DNA of 64,000 nt from an uncultured Armatimonadia bacterium (GCA_963749155.1 CAVVLO010000002.1:1555708-1619707), one strand, 5' to 3'; shown: positions 9,936 through 20,828, counted from the stretch's first letter. Numbers and translations: made by a program. Notes: generated by a model not told the origin, from the letters alone.

Positions 9936-11241
9936 ATGAAAGCTTTGGCTCTAATAATAAGTCTGGCCGTGGCGTTAATGGCACTGCCTGCGCTCGCGGC
10001 AGAAGGGGGAGTCCCTGTGCAGGAAGGTATGTTCCCAGTTACCAATTATGGCGCGGTGGGAGATGGGGTGTTCGACTGCACCGAAGCTTTTCAGGACGCC
10101 GTCAATGCCGCCTCGGTTCAACGGGGGTATTGTCTGGGTGCCTGGCGGGCACTGGTTAATCAGCGGTTCTATTATGGTGAAGCCAGGCGTTGCCATCTGC
10201 GGGGTGAACCAGGCGCCTATGGCGATTGACGCGCTGGTCGGCTCGGTCATCTTCGCAACCGGCGGCCGTGACCTGGAAGAGGGGCCGGCCCTTTTCGAGA
10301 TGGGTCATAGCTCAACGGTCAAGGGAATCAGCGTCTTCTATCCGGCGCAGAGCCCGACCGATATCCACCCCTACCCCTGGACCTTCCATATGCAAGGCTT
10401 CGATAACACGGTCGAATATGTGACTCTGTATAACAGCTATCAGGGTATCAAGGTCGGCCCTGAGCCCAATGTGCGGCATCGCATCTTCCATGTATACGGT
10501 TGCGTGCTGAAGACGGGCATCTTCGTGGACGCCGTGACCGACATCGGGCGCATCGACAACGTGCAGTTCCACTGCCACTGGTGGTCTTCACCCCAGATTG
10601 GCGGTAATTGGGAGCCGGTCTTCAAGTATATGACCGACAACTGCGAGGCCTTCGTATTCGGCCGCACCGACTGGCAGTATGTAACCAACACCTTCGTCTT
10701 CCCAGCCAAGGTCGGCTACAAATTCGTCCAGACCGAGAAGGGCGTGTGCAATGGCAACTTCACCGGCATCGGCGCCGATGCGACTCAGCGAGGTATCCTG
10801 GTCGAGAACTGCGCCCCCTTCGGCGTGCTGGTGACGAATGGAGAGTTCGTGGCTTTCGGCGGGGATGATCCAGTGGCCATCGAGGTTGAGGAGACCAATG
10901 GAGGCAATCTCACCCTGACCAACTGCGCGGTGTGGGGGCCTGCCAGGCAAGTCGCAAGACTCGCTGGGGGACGCACCTCGATGAACAACTGCAACTTTAT
11001 GCACTGGTCGGCAGGCGAGGAACTTCTGCCGGCAATAGACGTGAGTGGCGGCAACTTCACAATGTCAGGTTGCCAGCTCTTCGCGGCTGGCAAGCCCGAT
11101 GCCCCTTATGTAAGGCTGAACAAGGGCACCCGCGCGGCAGTTATCTTCGGCAACACGACCGACAGGCCGCTGGATGTAATCAACGAGAGCGGCATCGAGG
11201 CGCAGATCGGCCTCAACGCCACCGAAGTCAAACCGCAGTAA
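9936..11241 (+). CDS. Secreted beta-helix protein, copy 3; apparent frameshift near 10115
   Basis: Signal peptide and YGAVGDGVFDCTEAFQ in one frame; GGIVWVPGG...GRTDWQY...CNGNF in another. Confidence 0.75.
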
Positions 11242-11254
11242 CAGCCACTCGGGC

Positions 11255-11292
11255 AAAAAAAGAGCCTGGCGGCCTTGCGCCGTCAGGCTCTT
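11255..11292. terminator. Terminator between convergent genes
   Basis: A7-GAGCCTGGCGG...CCGTCAGGCTCTT; T-tract on the minus strand after folD. Confidence 0.75.
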
Positions 11293-11315
11293 GTGCTAAC
11301 CGGGGAAAGACTGCG

Positions 11316-12176
11316 CTAGACGAAATCGTTGTGCAATTTGTAGGCATCCAGTGTATTGGAGAGCAACTCGGCGCGGGTCATAGGGCCAACTCCGCCGGGC
11401 ACGGGGGTAATCAGCCCTGCGATATCTACTACGCTTGCGAAATCCACATCGCCTGCCAGCCCGGCTTCGGTGCGGCTGATACCGACATCTATAACCGTCG
11501 CTCCGCGTTTTACATAATCGGCGTCAACCATCCCCGCCCGGCCGATTGCGACGATGAGGACGTCCGCCTGCCGGCAGACACCTGGCAGGTCCACCGTGCG
11601 AGAATGACACATCGTGACCGTCGCGTGGCGCGCAAGCAGCAACTGGGCGATTGGCTTGCCGACGATTGTGCTGCGGCCGACAACGACAGCGTTTGCACCC
11701 TTAAGAGGCACCTGATACTCATCCAGCAACCGCATAACGCCTTTCGGGGTGCAGGGGGCGAATTTGGGGGCGGCGCTAATCAGCAACTCGCCCATATTCA
11801 TCGGATGGAAACCATCTACGTCTTTATTTGGATCGAGTTCCTGGATGACCTTGGCGGTGTTGATTTGCTCGGGCAGGGGTAGCTGCACGAGAATGCCGTC
11901 CACCTTCGGGTCGAAGTTGAGCTCGCTGATCAGAGCCAGCAGCTCGGATTCGCTGGTATCCACAGCCAGCTTGTGGGTGTGAGAATCGAAGCCAACCTCG
12001 ATGGCGTCCTTCTCCTTATTGCGCACATAAACCTGGCTTGCGGGATCTTCGCCAACCAGGATTACGTGCAAACCTGGCGGGCGTCCGATGCGCTGGGCAA
12101 GCTGACCGGTCTCATCTGCTATCTCAACCCTGAGCCTGGCGGCCGAGGCCTTGCCATCAATTAGCGTCGCTGGCAT
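11316..12176 (-). CDS. folD: Methylene-THF dehydrogenase/cyclohydrolase
   Basis: YVRNK, GILVQLPLP, KDVDGFHP, TPVPGGVGPMT. Confidence 0.97.
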   Translation of the reverse strand: MPATLIDGKASAARLRVEIADETGQLAQRIGRPPGLHVILVGEDPASQVYVRNKEKDAIEVGFDSHTHKLAVDTSESELLALISELNFDPKVDGILVQLPLPEQINTAKVIQELDPNKDVDGFHPMNMGELLISAAPKFAPCTPKGVMRLLDEYQVPLKGANAVVVGRSTIVGKPIAQLLLARHATVTMCHSRTVDLPGVCRQADVLIVAIGRAGMVDADYVKRGATVIDVGISRTEAGLAGDVDFASVVDIAGLITPVPGGVGPMTRAELLSNTLDAYKLHNDFV

Positions 12177-12609
12177 TGCTCTTTCCCTCCACTTGAAGCT
12201 TGCCGGAAGCTATCTCATCTTTGAGATTCCCCAGCAAACCATTTACGAAACTGGCCGACTTTTCATCTCCGTATTCGCGCGCAAGACCAACCGCCTCGCT
12301 GACGCTTACCACCAGCGGAATCTCGGGCTTGAACAGCATCTCGAAAACCGCCAGGCGCAGCACATTCTTGTCCGTGTTGGCTAGCCGGTCGAAATCCCAG
12401 TTTACTAGTAACCGCCGAAGCACAGCATCGCATTCGCTGACTCGGGAGGCAAGTTCGACGATAAAATGCCTGGCCTGATTCTGCTCGCCAGCGTCAGGCT
12501 GGGCGCCATCTTTTTCGGCAGGAAGCAGTTCTTCCAGGGGCTGCCCTCCGACATCCCATTGGAAGAGCAACTCGAAAGCAAGCCGCCTGGTTGAGCGACG
12601 ACTGGACAA
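12157..12609 (-). CDS. nusB: Transcription antitermination factor NusB
   Basis: Arg-rich N-terminus, DKNVLRLA, EAVGLAREYG, FVNGLL. Confidence 0.95.
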   Translation of the reverse strand: MSSRRSTRRLAFELLFQWDVGGQPLEELLPAEKDGAQPDAGEQNQARHFIVELASRVSECDAVLRRLLVNWDFDRLANTDKNVLRLAVFEMLFKPEIPLVVSVSEAVGLAREYGDEKSASFVNGLLGNLKDEIASGKLQVEGKSNASDAN

Positions 12610-12631
12610 AGGGGATCACCTCTAAAGCAGT

Positions 12632-12955
12632 CTAAAGAATCCTCGATAGCACGTAGGCCACAAGCACGAATAAGAAAATGACAATAAGCTTGAAGCCGAG
12701 GTAGATCCACAAGGGCGCCAGGGCCATTGCCGCCGCCGCGCCGATGGCTTGCCAGGCCAGTGGGATTGGCTCGTCCAGCCGTTCGATGGGAGCGAACAGT
12801 ATAAAGTAGAGCGATGCCAGACCCGCGCCAACAGCCGCAAGGACGATCAACCACAGGCCCAGCGCCAGGCTGCAGGAAGTAACTATCCCCAGCCCGAGTC
12901 CAGCCAGTACAAAGACAAGAGTCTTGGTGGAATCCTGAGATGCCACTCTCTCCAT
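12632..12955 (-). CDS. Small hypothetical membrane protein
   Basis: About 107 aa, several hydrophobic segments; start MERVAS chosen because the longer ORF overlaps the accC tail. Confidence 0.6.
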   Translation of the reverse strand: MERVASQDSTKTLVFVLAGLGLGIVTSCSLALGLWLIVLAAVGAGLASLYFILFAPIERLDEPIPLAWQAIGAAAAMALAPLWIYLGFKLIVIFLFVLVAYVLSRIL

Positions 12956-12975
12956 TCCGCTCACCCTCGTAGCTA

Positions 12976-14327
12976 CTACTTGCCCAGCAAATTGTCTCCG
13001 AGGAAACTTGTGGTCGCCTGGCCCTGCACGAAAACAGGATGGGCGATTATCTGCTTTTGGAAGGGCAGACTTGTCTTGATTCCTTCCACTACACTTCATC
13101 GAGGCAGCGCGCCATCCTCGCAAGTGCTTCACGTCGGTCGCCGCCCCAGACAATAAGCTTGGCGAACATTGGATCATAATAGGGGGACACCTGCACACCA
13201 GGCCCCAGGGCATAGGTATCCACGCGGACGCCCATCCCACCAGGCCAGCGCAAACCTGTGATGGTGCCAGGCGACGGCTTGAAGCCTTCGTTTGGGTCCT
13301 CAGCCGAAAGCCGGCACTCGATAGCGTGACCCATCAGTTTGACCTCTGCCTGGGTAAAGCCCAGCTTTTCGCCTGCCGCGATGCGAAGTTGCAGCTTCAG
13401 CAAGTCCAGCCCGGTCACTGCTTCGGTCACCGGATGCTCGACCTGCAGGCGGGTGTTCATTTCCATAAAGTAGAAGCGCTCTTTTTCGTCCACCAGAAAC
13501 TCGATTGTGCCCGCGTTGGCGTAGCCAATCGCTTTGGCGGACTTCACCGCGGCAGCGCCGAGTTTTTTGCGAGTCTCGGGTGAGATGCCTGGCGAGGGAG
13601 ATTCTTCTACCATCTTCTGATGGCGCGGGGTCTGCACCGAGCAGTCGCGCTCGCCCAGGTGAACGACCTCTCCATGCTCATCACCGAGGATCTGCACTTC
13701 GACATGGCGAGGATTGACGATAACTTTTTCCATATACAGCCCGTCATTACTGAAGGCCGCTTTGGCTTCTGCCCTGGCCAGGTCAAGCACAGCCTGCAAT
13801 TCTGAGGCCGCGTTAACGATGCGGATGCCTCTGCCGCCTCCACCCGCTACCGCTTTCACCATCACAGGATAACCCAGCTCGGAGGCCAGTTTTTCGGCCT
13901 CGCGGGTATTGCGGATAAGCCCCTCAGAGCCCGGTATCAGTGGCGCGCCGGCCTTGCCTGCTGAAAGACGCGCTTCGGCCTTGTCGCCCATCCGCTCGAT
14001 GACCTCGGGGCTCGGGCCGATGAACTTGAGCCCTGTCGCGCGGCACTGGTCGGCGAAACTGGCGTTCTCCGACAGGAAACCATAACCGGGATGGATTGCT
14101 TCGGCGCCGGTTATGTGAGCGGCGCTGAGCACATTAGCTACATTGAGATAGCTCTGCGGAGCCGGCCCCGGGCCTACACATACGGCTTCTTCCGCAAGTT
14201 GCACATGCAGGGCATCACGGTCGGCCTCCGAGTAGATGGCCACCGTAGCTACGCCCAGCTCGTGGGCCGCGCGGATGACGCGGACTGCTATCTCGCCCCT
14301 GTTGGCTATCAGGATCTTCTCGAACAT
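12976..14327 (-). CDS. accC: Biotin carboxylase; apparent frameshift near 13093
   Basis: ANRGEIA, HPGYGFLSENA, GGGGRG, EMNTRLQVEHPVTE; tail VVEGIKTSLPFQ... lies in a shifted frame. Confidence 0.93.
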
Positions 14328-14337
14328 CCGGACTTCC

Positions 14338-14694
14338 TTAAAAGGTAGGATGGGTGGGACATTGCACGGTGCCCGTGCTCGGATCATAAAGATAAGGTTG
14401 GTGAGACTCGGGGCAGGCCATCTGTTTTTCTCCGAGCTGCAACTGACCGAGGTCAGTTGGTGGAGTATCGCTGTCCACCATAAAAATCTGGATGGCAGAG
14501 CGCACCTGCTGGAGATTGGCGCGACAAGCCGCCGCCTGGCCTGAACTGACAGCCTGGTTCATCACATTGGTCTTCTCGCCGGCTGGCCCGCCCTTGTTCA
14601 GCCCGCCAAAATAGACATAGCCGACGAAAGCTCCCATTATGATGAGGGCCACTACGAAACTGACCATACCGAATCCGGCGCGTGGATTATTCAT
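14338..14694 (-). CDS. Pilin/pseudopilin-like protein
   Basis: RAG|FGMVSF followed by a hydrophobic helix; CRANLQQVRSA; C-terminal CP...Y...VQCPTH. Confidence 0.6.
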   Translation of the reverse strand: MNNPRAGFGMVSFVVALIIMGAFVGYVYFGGLNKGGPAGEKTNVMNQAVSSGQAAACRANLQQVRSAIQIFMVDSDTPPTDLGQLQLGEKQMACPESHQPYLYDPSTGTVQCPTHPTF

Positions 14695-15134
14695 CACTGC
14701 CCCTCCCCAGAGGCAACCTCTACCCTCAAGACGGGCTCTCCAAATTCGACTGGCTGGCCATCGGTCACGAGCACCTCGACCAGTTTACCTTCGACATCTG
14801 ACAGCAGGGGATTGACGATACCGATGGAGACGATGCAACCCACCTGGCTCTTGCGGGCGATATTTTCTCCAAGCAGTATGACAGGCTCTTCTCCAGGCGA
14901 GGCGCCGTGGTAGAAAACACCCACCCGGTCAGAGCGGACTACAACTCGCGCCGGCTCAGGCTGCTCGCCAGCTTCGGTGTCCTGCGGCTCCGGCTCAGGC
15001 TGTGGGGTTGCAAAGACGCCTCGTGCGCGTTTGGCCTTTATGATGAGCCCGCCTGTCTCCAGCTTCAGTTTTTTTGCTGAAGAAGCGGCAAACACTTGCA
15101 GCACGCCTTCGAGCTTCTCGAAATCCAGCTCCAC
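14694..15134 (-). CDS. AccB/BCCP-fold protein lacking the biotinyl-lysine
   Basis: Position between efp and accC; Pro/Glu linker; SDRVGVFY, GQPVEFGEPV; the EAMKMMN motif reads VSIGIVN. Confidence 0.85.
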   Translation of the reverse strand: MELDFEKLEGVLQVFAASSAKKLKLETGGLIIKAKRARGVFATPQPEPEPQDTEAGEQPEPARVVVRSDRVGVFYHGASPGEEPVILLGENIARKSQVGCIVSIGIVNPLLSDVEGKLVEVLVTDGQPVEFGEPVLRVEVASGEGQ

Positions 15135-15146
15135 GTAGCGCCTCCG

Positions 15147-15707
15147 CTAGTTCGCGCGTTCGATGTAGTTGCCGTTGCGCGTATCTACCTTGATTTTGTC
15201 GCCCTCGTTCACGAAGAGCGGCACCTGAACCACCGCGCCAGTCGAGAGCTTGGCCTGCTTGCTGGCCCCGGTAACGGTATCGCCCTTGACACCAGGCTCG
15301 GCCTCGACTACCTCGGCGATAATGGCAGCCGGTAGCTCTACCCCGAGCAGCGTGCCATCGTGCACAATGGTCAGGACTTCCAGGTTGTCGACCAGCCAGC
15401 GCGCATCATCGCCCAGCGCCGCAGCGGGGATACTCATCTGGTCATAACTTTCGTTGTCCATAAAGACATACTCATCGCCCGCGCCATATTGGAACTGCAC
15501 CATCCGCTTGTCGAGGATGGCCTGCTCCATTTTTTCGCCAGCGCGGAAGGTCTTCTCCAGCACCTTGCCCGAGCGCACCTGCTTGAGCTTGGTGCGAACG
15601 AAGGCGCCGCCTTTGCCGGGCTTCACATGCTGAAACTCGACCAGCGTGTAAATCTCATTGTCCAGGATGATGCTTATGCCGTTCTTGAAATCCGAAGTCG
15701 AAATCAA
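15147..15707 (-). CDS. efp: Elongation factor P
   Basis: HVKPGKGGAFVR, EPGVKGDT, VPLFVNEGD. Confidence 0.97.
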   Translation of the reverse strand: MISTSDFKNGISIILDNEIYTLVEFQHVKPGKGGAFVRTKLKQVRSGKVLEKTFRAGEKMEQAILDKRMVQFQYGAGDEYVFMDNESYDQMSIPAAALGDDARWLVDNLEVLTIVHDGTLLGVELPAAIIAEVVEAEPGVKGDTVTGASKQAKLSTGAVVQVPLFVNEGDKIKVDTRNGNYIERAN

Positions 15708-15769
15708 ACCTTGGTTCCTCCTGCCGACTAGCTTGCTTGTGTCAGTTTAACCGAGCCGCGCAAGGCGGG

Positions 15770-16258
15770 TCAATTGCGCTCTGTTTCATCAGGTGAGGTA
15801 GTACTTTCGTCCTCGACCTTGTTTCTTGCGATATTGCGCGTTCTGGGCAAGCGCTTTGCCAGCGCTGATAGCAATTCTTCATTGGCTTCAGACTGCCCCC
15901 AGAGTATGCGCGCCGTGTGATCGGCAAAAAGCACAACATATTTGGGGTCGGCAAAGAAGCCGCTGTAATCTTCCCAGTGTCCAATCAAGCGCCCGTTCAG
16001 AGCGAGGCCTTCTTCTGTCAGTGTATATTTCTGCGGCAGCAACACCAGGAAAAGCACTGAGGCCATAAAAATCATACCGGCCTCTGGCTCCTTCTGCAGA
16101 CCAATAATCAGCAGTCCAGCCACCAGCCCGGCCAGCAATCCCCAGAAACCTTGCCTGGCTCTGCCCCAAAAATCGAGTTCCAGCACAAGCTCAGGCTCGG
16201 AACGCTTTGCCCGCAAGCCACTGAAAAAAGGCCAGGCCAAACGCAGAACGCCTAGCAA
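15770..16258 (-). CDS. Hypothetical membrane protein, start uncertain
   Basis: Hydrophobic segments followed by a 'YTLTEEGLALNG..W' PH-like pattern. Confidence 0.55.
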   Translation of the reverse strand: MLGVLRLAWPFFSGLRAKRSEPELVLELDFWGRARQGFWGLLAGLVAGLLIIGLQKEPEAGMIFMASVLFLVLLPQKYTLTEEGLALNGRLIGHWEDYSGFFADPKYVVLFADHTARILWGQSEANEELLSALAKRLPRTRNIARNKVEDESTTSPDETERN

Positions 16259-16311
16259 GGCAAGTATTGTAGCTACAGGATCAACCCACGCTAGTTGTAT
16301 CGTGAACCTAA

Positions 16312-18706
16312 TCAGCTCGCTGTGAGACCAAGGTCACGTTCAAAGGCGAGTTTGAAGACTTCTACCGCATGATCCACAAGCACCAGTTTGAGGCCGCGTC
16401 GGACTTCGGCTGGCAGGTCGGCCAGCTCATGCTCGTTAGCTTTCGGTAGTAGAACGGTGCGCACGCCTTCGCGCTGCGCTGCCAGCAGCTTGGTTTTCAA
16501 TCCGCCTACAGGGAGTATTCTACCACGCAGCGTTATCTCGCCAGTCATCGCCAGGCGAGGCCGCACTGGCTCTTTTAGCAAGCGCCGATAGCAGCGCTGT
16601 CGCCAGAGTGATCCCGGCCGAAGGCCCGTCCTTGGGCACCGCGCCCGCGGGCACGTGGATGTGGATAGAGTGTTTTTCGAACAGCTCTGGCTCCAGTCCA
16701 AGTGGCTCAACAAGCGAGCGCACATAACTGGTCGCGGCTTCGGCGGACTCTTTCATTACCAGGCCCAGGCTTCCAGTCAGTTTGAGTTCGCCCTTGCCAG
16801 GGGCCAGGTTGACCTCGATAGGCAGCAGATCGCCGCCGACTTCAGTCCACGCAAGGCCCATAGCCACGCCGTTTTCTCCCTCGCGTAGCTGGCTTTCGCT
16901 GAGGAAAGGCGGCAGGCCGAGGAGCTGCTTCACCAGCTTGCCTGTCACCTGCTTGGGGGGCTTCTGGCCACTGGCGATCTGCTTGGCCAGCTTGCGACAG
17001 ACCGAGCCTATCTGCCGGTTGAGGTTGCGCACGCCCGCCTCGCGAGTATATTCGCGCACAAGCACCTGCAAGGCTGTCTTTTCGAATTCGAGCGGACGCT
17101 TCTTCAGCCCGTTGGCCTCGAGTTGGCGCGGTATCAGATACTTGTAGGCAATTTGCAGCTTGTCGAGTTCGGTATAACCTTCGAACTCGATGACTTCCAT
17201 CCGGTCCAGCAAGGCCGGCGGCAGATTTTCAAGATCGTTGGCTGTCGCGATAAACATCACCCGGGACAGGTCGAAGGGCACTTCCAGGTAATGGTCGCGG
17301 AAGGAGTTATTCTGCTCTGGGTCGAGCACCTCGAGCAGGGCCGAGGCTGGGTCACCCCGAAAATCCGCGCCCAGCTTGTCTATCTCGTCTATCATAAAAA
17401 TTGGGTTGGCCGAATCCACATTGCGCAGGCCCTGGATTATCTTCCCAGGCAGAGCGCCAACATAGGTGCGCCTGTGGCCGCGGATTTCGGCTTCATCTCG
17501 CACGCCGCCGAGTGAGATGCGAATGAACTTGCGCCCCATCGTCCGGGCGATGGACCGACCCAGACTTGTCTTGCCGGTGCCCGGAGGCCCAACGAAGCAC
17601 AGGATTGGCCCGTGCAATTGCTTGTTGAGCTTGCGCACTGCCAGATATTCAAGAATGCGCTCTTTGGCTTTTGCCAGCCCATAATGGTCTTCTTCGAGGA
17701 TCTGATTCGCCTTCTCGATACTCAGCCGGTCCCGCGTATACTTGCTCCACGGCATATTCGCGAGCCATTCGAGATAGGTAATAGCCACCGAATACTCAGG
17801 CGACATCGGGGCCAGTGTCTCCAGCCGGTTGGCTTCGCGCTCAGATTTCTCTCTGGCCTCTGCTGGCAGCTTCGCGCCTTCGAGTTTTTCGCGCAACTCG
17901 TCAAGCTCGCCCGACCAGCCGCGCCCCTCGCCCAGTTCTTCCTTTATGGCCGAAAGCTGCTCGCGGAGGAACATCTCGCGCTGGTGATCGTCTATCTCCT
18001 GCCGCACTCGCTGGTTGACGCGCTGCATAGCTTCGCTGATCTGGCGTTCGCGTTCAAGCAGCGAGAGGGTCATAGCCAGCCTTCGAGGCACCTGCAAGGT
18101 CTCCAGTAAACGCTGCTTGGGTTCTTCCTCGACTGGCAGGTAGAAAGCGATAAGGTCGGCGGCATGCCCCGCGTCCTGGGCGTTCATAACCGAAACAAGC
18201 GACTCGGGCTGAAGGCCCGCGCCCGAGTTGGCCAAGGTAGCGAAAGCGTCCACCATCGCCCGATATTGGGCCTCGATTTCGAGTTCCAGTTCGGCCGGAC
18301 GGGATTCGGTCTCGGTCTCAATCAGTTCGGCCAAAGCTTCGAGATGATCGTTTATCGCGACAACTTCGATCAGGCGGGCGCGTTCAAGCCCTTCCAGTAC
18401 GACGCGCATCGTGCCATCGGGCAATTTCATCCCCTGCATAACTCGGGCAAGACAGCCCACCTGATAGAGGTCATTCGGGCCAACTTCCTCGAGCCCCCGG
18501 TCGCGCTGAGTCACGACAAGCAGCAGCCGGTCGCCCTCCAGCGCTTCGGAAAGGGCGGCAAGTGACGCGTCGCGTCCCACGATAATTGGCGCGGCGGCGC
18601 GCGGGAAAAGGACGATGTCGCGCAGAGGCAGCAGAGGCAGTCTTACCGGGCCGCCGCCATCTTCAGGCGATACTTTCATCGCGTCCTGTTTTTTTCTGGG
18701 AGACAT
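16312..18706 (-). CDS. lon: ATP-dependent Lon protease; apparent frameshift at homopolymer 16573-16576
   Basis: LPLRD, GPPGTGKT, PKDGPSAG; AMTGEITLRG..VGGLKTK lies in a shifted frame. Confidence 0.95.
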
Positions 18707-18892
18707 CTCCAAAACATCCTTTCGCTCGATGCCAGGTTGTTATCTGGCTTCCGAGGCACACAAACACCACCAGGTTTCGAGTGGGCAACCCTTGCGCGCA
18801 AAATGCAGGGAAGCCTGCTACTGACCAGGCTGTGACAATACCTTCTCCGTCCAGGGGCAGCGTCCTGCCTGCCCAGGGCCGGTCCGGCAACG

Positions 18893-18921
18893 CAAAGAGC
18901 GCGGCCACAGCCGCGCCCTTG
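18893..18921 (-). terminator. Probable terminator after clpX
   Basis: Minus strand AAGGGCGCGGC-tgtg-GCCGCGCTCTTTG. Confidence 0.55.
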
Positions 18922-18945
18922 AAAACTAGCCTCTACCCTTTTGCC

Positions 18946-20223
18946 TTAAGCGCTGAGTTCGCCCTTATGCCGAGCTAGCTCGTCTGCGGAGAGCAGCAGA
19001 GGAGAGGTGCTCTCGTTAATGGCTTCCGCAGTCCAGACCACACCGGCGATGTCATCGCGCGAGGGGATGTCGAACATTATATCCAGCATCCGCTCTTCTA
19101 CTATGCTGCGCAGGGCGCGGGCGCCAACCTTGCGCCCCATTGCATGCTCGGCGATTGCGTCCAGTGCTTCAGGCTCGAAGATGAGCTCTACCCCATCTAC
19201 CGCGAATATGCGCTGGTACTGCTTGACCAGCGAATTGCGCGGTTCTGTGAGGATGCGCTTGAGCGCTTCCTGGCTTAACCTGTGCAAAGGCGCGATTACG
19301 GGCATCCGGCCGACGAACTCGGGGATAAGCCCATACTTCAGCAAGTCCTCGGGGATAACATAATGCAGCACTTCTTCATCCTCGAGCACGGCTTCCTGCT
19401 CGGAGGACCTGAATCCGATGGTGCGCTGGTTGACGCGATGCTTGACGATGTCTTCCAGCCCCTCGAAAGCGCCTCCACACAGGAAGAGTATATTGCGCGT
19501 ATCGAGCTGGATGAATTCCTGCTGGGGATGTTTGCGCCCGCCTTGAGGTGGCACATTGGCGACGGTGCCCTCAAGAATCTTGAGCAGTGCCTGTTGCACG
19601 CCCTCGCCCGACACGTCGCGCGTGATAGAAGGGTTCTCCGACTTGCGCGCGATTTTGTCTATCTCATCTATATAGATAATGCCGTGCTCGGCCTGGCGCA
19701 CATCTCCGTCAGCCGCTATCAGCAGCTTGAGAAGGATGTTCTCCACGTCCTCGCCGACATAGCCGGCTTCGGTCAGGCTGGTCGCGTCAGCGATTGCGAA
19801 GGGCACTTCGAGCATCCGGGCCAGGGTCTGGGCCAGTAGCGTCTTGCCAACGCCCGTCGGTCCGAGGAGCAACACGTTGGTCTTGTCGACCTCGACGTCT
19901 TCTCCGCCAGGGGCGCCCGCCTGGAGCCGTTTGTAATGGTTGTAGACGGCGACCGAGAGGACCTTCTTGGCCTTTTCCTGTTGTATGACGTAGTCGGAAA
20001 GGAACTGGTAGATTTCCCTGGGCTTGGGTACGCTGGTGGAGACAGGCGCCGTAGCCTCCCGGCGCAGGTCTTCTTTCACCACGCGCGCGCAAAGCGCTAC
20101 GCACTCATCACAGATGTATGCGTCGTTGCCCGCTATCATCTTCCGGACGAAATCCCGCTTCTTGTTGCAGAACGAACAGCGGATGCCTTCGCCGAAAGTA
20201 TTTTCTCCGTCCTTGGTAGTCAT
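18946..20223 (-). CDS. clpX: ATP-dependent Clp protease ATPase subunit
   Basis: CSFC..CDEC zinc finger, [20 protein letters not shown] loop. Confidence 0.98.
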   Translation of the reverse strand: MTTKDGENTFGEGIRCSFCNKKRDFVRKMIAGNDAYICDECVALCARVVKEDLRREATAPVSTSVPKPREIYQFLSDYVIQQEKAKKVLSVAVYNHYKRLQAGAPGGEDVEVDKTNVLLLGPTGVGKTLLAQTLARMLEVPFAIADATSLTEAGYVGEDVENILLKLLIAADGDVRQAEHGIIYIDEIDKIARKSENPSITRDVSGEGVQQALLKILEGTVANVPPQGGRKHPQQEFIQLDTRNILFLCGGAFEGLEDIVKHRVNQRTIGFRSSEQEAVLEDEEVLHYVIPEDLLKYGLIPEFVGRMPVIAPLHRLSQEALKRILTEPRNSLVKQYQRIFAVDGVELIFEPEALDAIAEHAMGRKVGARALRSIVEERMLDIMFDIPSRDDIAGVVWTAEAINESTSPLLLSADELARHKGELSA

Positions 20224-20828
20224 TAGCTGGCGTCAGTCGCGGGCAGAACGGGACCAGTGAGGATCTCGTCGACAAGCCCGTACTCTTTCGCTTCCTCCGG
20301 CGACATATAGTAGTCGCGGTCTGTGTCTTTCTCGATACGCTTGAGGGGCTGGCCAGTATGCAGTGCCAGGATGTCATTCAGCATAGAACGCGTCCTGAGC
20401 ATCTCTTTGGCCTGGATCTCGATGTCGCTGGCCTGCCCGCTGGCATTTGACAGATAGGGCTGATGGATCAGCACTCGCGCGTGAGGCAGTGCGAAGCGTT
20501 TGCCAGCTGCGCCGCCCGCAAGCAGCACCGCTCCCATACTGGCCGAAAGGCCAATGCAGTAGGTTGCGATCTTCGGCCTTATGGTCTGCATCGTATCGTA
20601 GATGGCAAGGCCGGACGAAACCGACCCGCCCGGCGTATTCAGGTACAGGTCGATGTCCTTTTCAGGGTCTTCCTTCTGCAGGAAGAGCAACTGCGCGACG
20701 ACCAGATTGGCCACATCGTCATCAATCGGCCTGCCAACGAACACAATGCGCTCCTGCAGCAGGCGCGAAAAAATATCATGCGCGCGTTCGCCGCGGGGCG
20801 TCTGTTCAACTACGGTTGGGATCAGCAT
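20223..20828 (-). CDS. clpP: Clp protease proteolytic subunit
   Basis: [23 protein letters not shown]. Confidence 0.98.
   Translation of the reverse strand: MLIPTVVEQTPRGERAHDIFSRLLQERIVFVGRPIDDDVANLVVAQLLFLQKEDPEKDIDLYLNTPGGSVSSGLAIYDTMQTIRPKIATYCIGLSASMGAVLLAGGAAGKRFALPHARVLIHQPYLSNASGQASDIEIQAKEMLRTRSMLNDILALHTGQPLKRIEKDTDRDYYMSPEEAKEYGLVDEILTGPVLPATDAS

Noticed and set aside
13089..13091. TAG near the end of accC as possible read-through or pyrrolysine
   Set aside because: The conserved tail continues in a different frame, so this is an indel
18663..18908. 81 aa ORF or ncRNA between clpX and lon
   Set aside because: No motif, overlaps a terminator and the lon start; no RNA family recognised
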